Of a stretch of DNA of 64,000 nucleotides, positions 48,175 through 60,500 are shown one piece after another. Position 1 is the stretch's first letter; each line of letters begins with the position of its first letter. The DNA is from Camelus ferus. Lineage: Eukaryota. The translations under genes were made by a program, and so were the position numbers. The notes under the pieces were generated by a model that made no database searches, had not been told where the DNA came from, and saw only the letters and a program-made list of their open reading frames with translations. The stretch covers positions 102,550,001-102,614,000 of the forward strand of contig NC_045696.1 of NCBI RefSeq assembly GCF_009834535.1, given 5' to 3'.

Positions 48175-49270
48175 TTCCACCAAAGCTTGAGAAATGGCTG
48201 TTTTAGGTCTGGAGTCAAAAATGTACAAGATGAGTCTGGAGAATCTGTCATTTCAGAAAACAAGGGAGCTATGAAAGACCAATGTCAAAAAGACTCAGGA
48301 GCCAATGGCACGTCAAATATGTTAAAATCCATGAGGTTATAATGATGCTAATGATAATAGTAGTAATAAAATTTTAATGGTCACTTTGGAGAATGGTCAT
48401 GATATCCCTGCATCAAAATGACTTTGAAAACTGGAAAATAAAGGGGAAAAAAATCAAGCATTTAGGCTGATTTTCCCATCTGAACTGTACTTTGGGCTGA
48501 GCATAGCAGACAAGGGGCAGTTTCTCTATTATCCCCACTAACAAATGAAAAAGGAATGACAAACTTAGGATGTCACCATCTGGAGTCATAATGAATGAAT
48601 GGACACAGGCAACGACCATCGCTAATGTCACAAAAAGAGACAAACAGACATTATGTGTTCCTGATGGAAGTGCACACCCCCACTTACAAAGTTTTCGTGC
48701 CAAAACGTTTAAACCTAAGTCAGATCGAACCTTTAAATCCTCTAAATTACCGCTTTACAGAAAATAAACACAACAGGAGGCAGGGGTGCAGTCAACAGAA
48801 TCCAGACTCTGAGAAAGTCTTCAGGACAAACAACTCAGCCTCTTCCACAAAAGATTTAAAGGGAAATAGAGAAAAATGAGGGACACCAAAGGATGAAACT
48901 TACTTAAGAGATACATTCACCAATCATAATGCAGGACCCTTACTTGGATTTCAATTCAAACAAACAGAAAAAAAATCTTAAGAAGGCAATTGTGGATTTG
49001 TGAACACCAAGATTTTTATGATATCCAGAGATTATTGTTAATTTTTTTCTGATATATAACTGGATCATGGATTTTTTTTTTTTTAGGTCTGTATCTTGTA
49101 GAGAAGAAACATACTGAAATACGTATGATTAAAATAAAATGTCTGGGATTTATACAGATGGAAGTGGCTGCGAAGGGATAATTATCGAAGCTGGGTGATT
49201 CATCAAGGGGATTCACTATACTATTTTCTCTACTTTTGCATATGTTTGCATTTTCCATAATTAAGAGTAA
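48175..49270 (+). mobile_element. L1MC-like 3' fragment splitting a MER5, which itself splits a MIR
   Basis: L1 tail GGGGATTCACTATACTATTTTCTCTACTTTTGCATATGTTTG; MER5 halves at 48112-48172 and 49300-49428; MIR pieces outside these. Confidence 0.6.
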
Positions 49271-52071
49271 ATATATATATATACACACACATATATATAT
49301 ATCAGGTCTTAAGTCCCAGCCCAGACCTATTGAACCAGGATCTCAGAGGTGCGACCTGGAACCTGAGTGCTGAGATGTCCTGAGTGATTCTGATGCAGCT
49401 AGTCTGTGGGCTGGTATTTGGGAAGCAGGAGTTTGACTCACAAGGACACTGAGGCACAAGGACAGTACATTTCTCACCCAGGCTCACACAGCTAGTTAAT
49501 GGAAGAACCCAAGTTGCTCGACTCTGACCCAGGATCCTTTTCTGAATAATAGACAGCCTGTTGAATGCAAACGCCCTTCCTCCTGAATGTAGTCCCCTCT
49601 TAGGCAATGTGATGCTTTGACCCAATTTAAATGCACGTGTCCGAAGGCATCCTGGGAGTGATCTAGGATCTTTCATCGCTCTGTAATCCTAGCCCCATGG
49701 GGCTACTTGATGGGTGAGGACCTCCGTGTCTTTTACAGTAAAGGAGGGGAATTTCGAGCCACATCTGCACACAGGAATTCAAATTTAAGACCTCCGATGT
49801 TATCTCCACATGGAGATCATAAACCTTCCCTAGTTGTCCTCCAGGATTCACAGTCCAGCTGCAGCAAAACCCTCTGTATCCTCAACATCTTTTCTGAACT
49901 TTCTTATTACCTTCTGCTTGAATGGAAACCAGAAGGCAACAGGAACATGCAGAAAGGAGGCTGAGGACATGGGAAGCTTTGCTTCTGTTGGACAGTGAAT
50001 CCTGGACAGAATAGGGAATATTCAGCCTGAGGAATACTAGAATGTTGGAGGTGAAGGGCGGCCTGGGAGTCTGGGGCTTCTCCTAACTGCCATAACCTGG
50101 GATAAAGGATTGGGTACATTCAGTCTTGGTGGATTAAAGAAAAACAATGGTAGGAGCGGTTGTGAGAAGCTGTGAGAGTTGGGGGGTGGTGGGGGGGCTG
50201 GGTGTCTGTGGTTTTCTCCTGACCTCAGGAGATATGAGGACCTCTCCTTGACCTTTGGTGATGGGGGTAGAGGCTTAAGGGAGGTTCACGCTAACCTGAC
50301 CCATGTTGTTAAGGAGGCAAACCCACACTGGAAGCACTGGCTCCCCCCTTCCCAGAAGCTGGAGGTGTCTCATCACCTATGGTGACGGGGGTAGGAAGCT
50401 TGGGGAGGTATGGTGCGCCCTCCCGCCTTGCTACCTACCAGGTTTGATGTTCCATATTGCTACTCTTTAGATTAATCAAACACAAGACAAGATTTGGAAG
50501 TCTTAAGGACCAAATTTTTATTGACTCAGTGCAAGAGGCTCTCACAGTATTCCATCTTGAGTCACCTGGGAGAAGGACAAGTCTCTTCTTAACCACATGC
50601 GAAGATAGAGCAGAAAAATGGAAACCCGCCCAGGTGGTCCCTTATCTGGAAAAGAGGATACATAGCATTGCTTGCTTGATTTCTTAATGTACCAGAAATG
50701 TCTTCCATTCTATCTCCCCCGGGCCTGCTCCTGTAACACGTAACCATACTTAGACACGTACGCATGTGAAAAACTAACCTGGTGAAATTACATGAAAAAT
50801 TGAAAACAGCTAAGGTCATGCAAAGACTTACATTTAAGTTATTATAGAACTTCTGTCTACTAAAAGTTACAGAAAATAGTGATTTTTTTTTAACTGAGTT
50901 ACAATAGATCCTTATGGAGAGTGTTTGGCCTTCTGCCTCGGATGTCAGAGGAAACTGTGCAGATCTAGGGATACTGTCGCCCCCCAGTAAGGCCCGTGCA
51001 AGTGGCATTGCTTCACTCGTTTCTTCAGATGACTAGATCAGCTACCTCTCTCGTCTACACAGCCCGCCAGAATCACCCTCCGTTTTAGACAGTCCAGAAA
51101 TCTCCACAGCCAGGAGCAAGCCATTTCATCCAATTCGAATCACTTTTTTAAATAATATGTCCCAAATTCCCAGTGCTGGCAAAGGCATGGTGTAATATCC
51201 AACATTACAAAAGTCTAAAATGGTACATTTTTGGGAAAAAAAGGTTGGGAACATGCATCACATGATCTTTAAAATGCCTACATCCTTTGACTCAATTATT
51301 CCATATCTGGGAATAATCCAAAAAAATTTTTTAAAAGAATGAAAACCAAAATGTTATGCACAGTGATGTTCATCACAGCATTATTTAGAATAGAGAAAAA
51401 GTGGAAACAACCCAAGTTTCTAACAATGGAGTCTTAGCAAACTATAGAAAATTATTGTTTGTGGCCATTAAAGTTGTATTTTCTAAAAGATTATGACTGG
51501 AAAGCTGGGTCCATCAGCTGCCTCTTTCCTGGAATCTGAACCTCCAGTAGAAGTACAAAGAGGCCAAAAAAGGTGGGAGCCGTGATGGTTCCTGGGGCGG
51601 CCAGGGGGTGGTGGTTGCCTGGCCAGACCGTCCATTCCGTGATTCCAGCTCCCACAGTCTGCTGCCCTCCACGTCCTGCTGACCCCCACATCTGCCTCTC
51701 CACCTGGCATTGTCAGTTCTCGGAGCCTACATGGGCTTCCGTTGAATTTCTTTTCGCTTAATTAACTAGGGATAGTCTGTTATTTGTGCCAAAGGACTCT
51801 GACCCAAGAATCAGATCGTCAGACTTGGAAAAATAAAGTTTCCCGATCACAGTTTGAAAATGTTTTCCAAAGTACGTTCAGCAGAACGTTAGCCCTTTGA
51901 GATCAGGTAAGTTTGGGAAACAGGACGTTCTGTCGCCTGCCTGGGGATACGTAGTCCATATTCGAGGTGCTGAGAAGTACTGCTGTAAAGAAGCCTATTG
52001 AGCCCGGTGTTGCTCAGCTGATTTGACCACACCACTCCCTTTTCCAAGCAACGCCTATTAACGCCCTGCAG

Positions 52072-52104
52072 TGCAGTCGGTAGTAGTAGCAGCAGGGGGC
52101 AATA
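52072..52104 (+). promoter_or_regulatory. Candidate CTCF site with upstream motif
   Basis: Core GCAGCAGGGGGCA (52089-52101) preceded 11 nt upstream by TGCAGT. Confidence 0.45.
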
Positions 52105-52399
52105 AACTATAGATATGAAAGAGTGCTTATGTAGTCTACACAACTTATAATTTCCTCATAAACCAGCCTGAGAGCAACAGGGGTGCTATGTCCTGATCTG
52201 GTTTGAATTTGTTTGAGAGGTCAAGTGAAGTTCATCTTAAAGCGAATGCTTAGCCTCTGTTGGGAAGAAAGAAATCACAAGATCCAAGAAAATGACAAGA
52301 GGAGAGGTTGAATTATTTATTAGAGAGCTGCTCTGTGCTTGGGGCAATGCTAGACACTTACATGATCTCATTTAATCTTCATAGCCAAGAATTTCCTAA

Positions 52400-52900
52400 C
52401 CAGGGTCCGTTTCTCCGCTCACCTCTGCACAGTGGCCAGTGATCTGAAACTCCATCACTCCCTCGCTTAAGACTGTTCAAGTTCTACCTCCCCTCGCTGC
52501 CTGCTGCACCCTCCTTTCCTCACTGTACTGGAGCCACACTGGCTGCTTTCCCTCCTCAACACACCAGCACTGTGCCCTCCTTAAGCCGTCCATACTTGCA
52601 GCTCCCTTGGCCTGGAGCTGTCAGTGCACTGTCTTCACACCACCAGCCCCACCTTATTTCTCATCTTAGCCCAAACTTTACCACCACTGTGAGGCCCTCT
52701 TTGACTACCCTACCTTTCTGTCTCACTGCCCTGTTTTTTGTTTTTCAGTACCTTTTACTATTAGAAACGATCTTGTTTGATTTTTCACCTGGCTCCTCCC
52801 ACTAGTATGTAAATTTCCCGACAAAAGACCTTGTTTTATACATCACCATATATCCCGTGCCTAGAAAATAGTGCCAGGTGCTTAGTAAATGCTCAGATTG
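52400..52900. mobile_element. L2 remnant
   Basis: CCAGCCACACTGGC-like and TAGTGCCAGGTGCTTAGTAAATGCTCA motifs. Other L2 pieces near 17610-17900, 20440-20520, 26110-26190 and 46390-46520. Confidence 0.6.
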
Positions 52901-53504
52901 CGGATGAATCCTGCAAAGTGGATGGTGCACTCGTGCTGATGAGGACACAGGCTCAGGATGCCTCAGTTAGGCATCTTGGCCAGCGCCACCCAGCAGGGAA
53001 GAGACTGGAAGCCTTGTTCTGCAACCAGGCCAGGCCGAAGGGAGTCTTTGGAGTCCAGGCATTATGTTGTCTGGTTTGGCCAACTCCCGCTGGGCTACAA
53101 AATACAAAGAGCTGGGTCTCCAAGGAGGCACTCGGTGTCCGTGAACTTTTTGCCTATCAAGCCCTGAAGGAGCTCATCTAGATTTGTTAAAGATGACCAA
53201 GGTCAGAAACTCATCTTTAGAAATCACATTCCACCCAAAATATCTAAAGAGCCCTAAGGTCTTGAGGTTTGACAGCTAGATTCATTCAGACATGAGATTA
53301 TGGGAGTGATTACATCTAATACTTCGTGCCTTTGCCCTAGTCTTCTTTCTTGCACTGGGCAGTGTTGGGTCAAAGTATCTGTACAAATCAGAGAGAAACA
53401 TCGTTTAGCCAAGATCAGACATTTTATCATATATACCTTGTTGTCCACAACACATTCTGCACAGAAAAGCTTCAGGGAAAGTGGGAAGGGGGAAAAAAGA
53501 AGCA

Positions 53505-56500
53505 CTATAAGGCAATCAGAAGAGATAAGGAGGGCAAGGCAAATCCTCTATTTCTCCAAAAGTACATTATATCCTCCTGCATATTCATCACAAGGGTCTG
53601 TTTCCACAGACATAAACCATCTTCCACACAGACATAAGGAGATTTGCAAGGTCTTGCAAGGTCCTCTGTGGATCCCCAGTGGGTGCGTGTGATGACATTA
53701 AGATACGCTGACAAAAAGCTGAGGTCTAGGATAAAGAGGGGTAGGTATTAGGAGACTCAGGCACTAAAAATAGCTTCAAGGCCTTTTCCCTATAATCCAA
53801 GTTATATAAGGACGCGTGAGGTACAAGGAAAGCCATGATGTGATGATCTGTGTGGCTAAGTACTTCGAATTCCATTGTGATAGGCTCTGGTACCTGAAGG
53901 GAACCATCTGAACTCTTCACTGGGTAGGACAGTATCTGTGTCTGGACTGTGATGGTTAACCACGAAGATTATTATTACTACAAGCTCTGGAATATACAGC
54001 GGGCAGGGTGATTCTTTATCTTAGCACCAAAACTTCCTCTCATTCTTGGTCATGGTTTTATCATATAATAGAATAAGAATACACTAGATTTGCTAATACA
54101 TGCAAATAAAGAATATTCTGAGAAATTTCGACAAGTTTCACGTCTTTCACATCAAGAGAATAAACAAGAAGATCATTTCCTGCTTAAAAACTTTCTCTAA
54201 CATAGGCCTGCTAGTTAAGTAAAATTAAGCATGATTTTAGGGCAATCAACTCAGCATTAAACCAGAAGTTTTAGATGTCGATGCCTCTTGAGAAGTCCTT
54301 GAGTGATACTTCTGCTTTGAGGCAGACATATATAGGATTTGGCACAGGTTTGGACATGCCGCAGGTTTTTCTGGAGAGGACACATTCTTAAAATAAGATG
54401 GATTTATCAGAAGTTGAGGATAAGCACCCTATGAAATACATAAGGTACACGTAATATGTGGTCTTGAAATTTAGAGTTGAAATTCACATTAGCTAAATGT
54501 TGTGATTGGAGAATACAAAGATAAAAAACCTACTTAGAAACCTTTTGGTTTTTTTGATACCGCACTATATACCCTGTGAGGGAGGCCGATATTAGGCCCA
54601 GATAGCTAACTTTCCCAGGAGTGAGTGAAGAGTTTGACAGATCCCTTATTAAAATGTTAGCATGGCTAAAAACCATCTGAAAAGCATCTTTCCTAAATGC
54701 TCTTAACAAACTGCTCACACCCAAGAGCTATTGCAGCACAATAAAACAAAATATGCGGAAAGAAAAATCATCTAATAGCACTTCATGTAATAGGGCTATT
54801 TAGCTGCTAAGGTAGTCGGTGTATAGTGAGGTACTCATTCTTTTCAGCTTCAATGTTTCAGCTACATGGAGGACCAAATAGTGTCTTTAATCAAAGTCGT
54901 ACTCTTCCAGATTGTTTGTGCTGCTGCAAGAACTCCAAAGATGTGTACAAATGTCCTGAAGACACTACTACAAAGCCATTATTTCTGAGTAGAATTTCAA
55001 GTGCAATTCCCTTTTCAAATTCTACATAGTTTCAGCTCTCCATTCTAAAAGTAGTTTCAGGGTAGATTTCTTATTTCTGCATAATCTGAAAATACAAAAT
55101 TTGTAACTTTCAAATATACACAAAATACAAGGGTTCAATTATACTCACATTACCAAGCCTCTTTTCCAGTCTTCTCTCATGCTGTTCTCTGTCCATTCTG
55201 TGAAAATTACACTGCTGCTCAGCTCTGGTAATTTGTATAGTCTTTTGTTGCTGTTGTTTTTTACTTTGAACTCGGGCAAAGAATCCAGGGCTTCATCCTA
55301 TCTTACACTACTTGCCAGGCTTCTTCCACATATACCCTGTTGAAGCTGTTCCCGTTTGGGTTTTGCTATACAAGCTTCCTTTCAGGAACTTTGATTATAG
55401 GAATTCTACAATAATAAATGAGAACTAATAAAAAGTATTTTTAAAAATCTACTTAATGAAAGTGTTTTTCTCAAAGGAGATTAAACGTCACCAGTAAGAC
55501 TGGGACAGCAAATTATTAAGTGATATCAGTGTGCAAACACAACAACATATTCCTAAGTGTGTAAATTCATGAATTATGTTAACTAAATACAAATCAAGTA
55601 CAAGAAAATCGCTTTTGAAGGTAGTTTAAAGGTGCTATGGAATTGTAGTGTTACTCTTTTAGTTAAAAGATGTTCCCATCATTCGTTTTCAGGAATACTG
55701 AAAGGTTACTAATTTTAACGATCACTGAATAACAACTATGTGCTGGTGATTTGCATGCGATTTCATCCTTAAAATAAACATACATTATTGAAATATTATA
55801 GGCAAGAAAAATAAGCTCCAAAGGATCACACAGCTAGTAGAGGGAAAGAGCTGGTGTTCAAGTTCAAATATGATGCCGCAGCCTCTTCCTCCACCGTGCC
55901 ATGCCACATTTCATTTAAAAATCAAACAGTCTGATGCTTTATGTTTTCTCAGGATAGGAAAAAAATAACTAAGAAATATTAGAAAGGTTTTTTTTCCCCT
56001 TCCTTTGTGGCAAAATGAGTATCTAAACACTGAGTATACTAAATCCCAAAATTTTAGTTTCCTTTTCATTAGGCAATAAATAAAACTACAAAGAAAAAAG
56101 CATTTGAGTACAGTCATTAATATTAACACACTACAACTTTAAAATCACATGTGCTCTGAAATTATATTTTGCACCCCATACTATGGAGTGCTGATGTGAA
56201 AGCACACCATACATAAACATTTAAGAGAACACAGCACAAAAAGTGATCAAAATGGTCTAAACGAGTGGTACTTGGCATATATACTTGGTACTACTTTGAT
56301 TTTTTTTTTAAGTTTTTACTCAAAATAGAAAATGTTAATGTGCCATTTGAGGAAAAAATTTTTCAAGTTCTATAAGGAAATACAGAAACTTTAAAGAAAA
56401 AGTAGGCTTTAAAAAAGAACCAATGCACGTGCTACTGCATGGGTGAACCTGAAGGGACGTTACGCTAAGTGAGACATGCCAGTCACAAGGCAAATTCTGC

Positions 56501-57503
56501 CTGTTTTCACTTTTTTTTGAGGTGTTTGGAGTGGTCAAACTCACAGAAACACAAAGTAAAACGGTGGTTGCCAGGTAGGGGCGGGGGGCAGGGATGGGGA
56601 GAAAGGCTGTTTAACAGGTATACAGTTTCAATTTTGTAAGATTAAAAAGTTCTGGAGACAGGTTGCACAATATGAATACACAACACTACAGAACTGTACA
56701 CCTAAAAATGGTTAAGATGGTAAATTTTGTTATGAGTATTTTATCACAATTTTAAAAAACTTTAAAGGAACCAATCGATTACTTTAATGTGATAATGACA
56801 CTGTGGTTATGGTTTAAAAATAAAACATTTAGAGACACATACTAATTAAGTCGGTATTTGCAGGCTGATGGGTGTTAGGGATGCTCATCTTACTAGTCTG
56901 CTTTTGTGTATGTTTGAAATTTTCCTCAATGAAAGAAACAGAACAAAATAATTCTTTAAAAAAAAAAGGTGAAACCAATAAGGAAATGAAATTTCCTAAT
57001 CAAGAGAATCATCTATAATGAAAATATTTTATTATGATCTAAACATGTAAAATGCAGTTTAGCTTCAACTGTTAAGTATGACATCACTTATTTCGCTTGG
57101 GAGAAAGCTGCTGAAATCTGGACACGGTTCACTGGGCTTACAGAAGACAACCTATATGGAGAAAATTACATGAACAGTCTAAAAGTTTGCTATGAAAACA
57201 ATGTATTTTTATTAAAGTAATTAAAAGTCAAAAAACAACAACAAAAGGGAAATTTCACAACCTTTGTTTGCAACTATATAATCTTTATGTAGAAAAACTA
57301 TAAAGTGACAGTCTGGAAAGCAGCTCCACAATAAACGTAATCCTTAACATCAAGAGTAACTAAATTATGGAATCAGTTCACCAAAAGAAACTGTCTCGCC
57401 GTATAATGTCTCAGCTGAGCTGATTTCAACTATATTATTCTCATTCCTGAAAATTTGTCTTTCCTGATATTTCCGATCACCAAAGACATAACATACAAAG
57501 AGC
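53505..57503 (-). pseudogene. Putative multi-exon unprocessed (unitary) pseudogene of an unidentified protein
   Basis: Candidate exons 57503-57262, 57151-57092, 55697-55655, 55405-55149, 55085-54839, 54573-54534 and 54386-54257, plus a decayed segment at ~54085-53505. AG acceptors throughout; four GT donors and two G>A-mutated donors (ATAAGT, ATGAGT); phases chain 0,0,1,0,1,2 from the ATG at 57489; multiple in-frame stops. Confidence 0.5.
56420..56935 (+). mobile_element. L1MB-like 3' end with adjacent L1M tail
   Basis: CATGGGTGAACCTGAAGGGACGTTACGCTAAGTGAG...GAACTGTACACCTAAAAATGGTTAAGATGGTAAATTTT. Confidence 0.75.
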
Positions 57504-60500
57504 CTATTGAAGTCAAAGAATAAAACACAAATACTCCCAAGCACAATTACATACAAAAATGAATGAAGGCATTTTATCGCTAGAGCTACAAAACTATATA
57601 AATAACCAATTACACACACACTCTGTTTACTCTGAAGCTCCATGAGGTGGTACTGAATAAACACTGAGGCATTGAATTTTCAACAATGGAACATGGCTCA
57701 TTCTGGACAGCAGCACATTCCCACCTTTCAGTCCAGCATCACAACACTGCCCCTGGGGTTTGTATCTGTGTATTATCTCAGCCCTGGGAAGTTGACAACC
57801 AAAATAAAGAAAATGCCAAAAGGAAAATGAATTAAATACCCCCTAAGATCTATTCTAAAACATGCATGTGAAACAGAAAGAAACCAAGCACTTTGTGAGT
57901 TTTTAGTCACACATTCCTTTAAACTTACACTCGTGTCTTCATTAGTACCTGCTGCTGAATTTTCTATAGCTTTTCCATTAATATATAATTGAAGAAAAAA
58001 AGCTCTTATTTCCTTAGAAAAGTGGTACTATTTATTTTTAAAAACAACTTTCTCTGCTAAAGAGATTACACTGTTGTGGTCATCAGAACAGGTTATGTCA
58101 CTTTGGCAATAGAGATTTATTCTATCTCATTTTTAATAATCATAATGATAAACTATTTTCATGGCCATATAATTTTTCAAAACTTTTACCACTATGGAAG
58201 CAAATATGTACAGGATATTTCTAATAACCTAAATTAAGTCATGATTAGAATTTCTTTAAAATATTTTCAAGTGCACAAAAATATTAAAGATTGGGGGTAA
58301 AAATACAGAAGTCATAAGCAAGTATTTCCTCCTTCTAAGATCCTTTAACTGGGATAAAAGTCTCAGGGTAAGCCCACAGGAATGGTCTGCAATAAAGAAA
58401 AGTTAGGTCAGTATGTAGTCATTTCTGCAAACTTTAGCAGAAAAGCCAATGACATTCTACAATGAATAAAAGCATTATTTTGGGTCGGGGCTTTTTGTTG
58501 TTTTAGTTCTTTAGTCTCTTAACTTCTCAACATGTTACAACTCAGAAGTGCCTGTACTCTTACTAACAGTAATAAGAAAATACAAAGTCAAAGAAAAGAT
58601 TCACAAACATGATTCTTTTTAATCATCGGTCTCTCTTTGGTAAGAAACGGACCACCATTTCTTTACTTTCTCTCACCTGTTGAAGACAGGGAGCTTAAAT
58701 GATACTAACATGATAAGGAATCCCTGTATAAAAATATTAGAGGGGAAAGAGTTTAAGCCACACCCTTAATAAAAAGAGTAGACAACAGAGAATTTCCTCT
58801 TGCATGTAGCTGTGGTGGAAGGTAACTGTCTTTTATAAAGCTGAACAAGGTATTTCCTATAACTGGATGGCCATGCCTACGAACATTTTAGTCAACCTGT
58901 AGAAATTCTGCTAATTAACTGTTCTTTAGATAGGAAACAGGTGAATATTATGCTATTATAAAAATATGGTAGAATATCTCCCCCTTACAATAATTTCTGA
59001 CTGTTAAGCTTTCGTAGAATCTATGGAGAATTAAACACGCTTGCTCTAGATATTTTCTCATTAAGCAAAGTTGGATATAACCTATCTAACAATACCATTT
59101 GCAATTCCAGGGTAAAAAACTCCAATACAATCTAATATGCACATTAACTTCACAGAATACATGTTCTAGCAAGCCTAAATGATACCCACCCATCATCACC
59201 CAAAAGGAAGTCAGTCTTACCCCCTCTAAGATAAATGATGTTCGTTATATCTGCATCCAGATTAAAAGAACTGCTAAATTCCACTGCAGTAGAAAACATA
59301 CTACAAATAAGCACCCAGACTGATCTAACAATTTCTACTCACTCCTGCTTCTCCAGTATATTTTTTTAAAGACAGAAAAATAAGCACTCTTTGCAGCAAC
59401 ATAACTGGCAAAATCACTACCTGACCAATTATCTCTAAACCTATACTAGACACAAATGAATGATGGAATGCCCAAATCACCAGTAACTCAACATTATTAT
59501 TTTTGCAAAGAAAAATAATTGTATAAAATTCCGTTCTCCCAGGCAATGAACAGGGGAGAAAAAGGTGTCACAAAAATGGCTATATTTGTAGGTTTTTTAA
59601 AAAACCAGCACCAAATGTTCATATTTAATTATTCTGAGCAACAATTAGTAATTAACATTTCCTAACAACATGGACAAACAGAAGAGTGAATGATAAGGGA
59701 GTAACTTTCAAGCAATATTACATGTTGATAAGAACCACTAAGTAAAATAATCTGACTGGCTCACTTCTACACCTACTGCAGGTTTGCCCAGTTTGGAAAT
59801 AACATGCCTCACTGGCTCAGCCAATATATCTACTCCTAAAATCACGGGTATAACTTTTTTTATTTTGCTACTAGGCAAGATTAAGTAAAACAACTTGAAA
59901 AGATATTCTTAAAAAACAAGCTAACTCAAAACAATCCATTATTAGAACAGTTTTCTACTCTCTATTAAGGGGAGGAGGGGGAAGAAACATCAAACCACTG
60001 TATAAGGTGCCTAAATGAAAACCTAAAAGCAAGATTCACAAATAGCAGTAGTGTCAGTTCAAGTCTACATAACTCTTTATTACATTATAGCAATAGTATG
60101 TTTAATGTTATACAAGTTTTCTTATTTCTTCCTCATACTGCAGTTTATTCCCATTGTATAAGATTTCAACTCTGCAAATGGTTTAAATTAACTTTGCACC
60201 TTGAATTTACAAACCATTGGATTTCAATTTTCCTGAAAATTTTACTTTTAAATTTTTTTAAAGCTAAACCTAAAACTAAATTCTATCTTAAAAAAAGAAA
60301 AAAAGGAAAAAAGGAAACCTAAGGTGCTTTGAACAGAATCGTGTAGAAATATACTGATACCAATGTTTGAAAGACAGCCTACAGAGGGCTATAAAAGGGC
60401 AACTATTATACAAAGAATTCTATGGCCAACTATTGTTAGAAAACTTCTTTTGTAAATAATTTTTTTAATGACAGAAGATGAAATCAAAAGATGAAAATTT

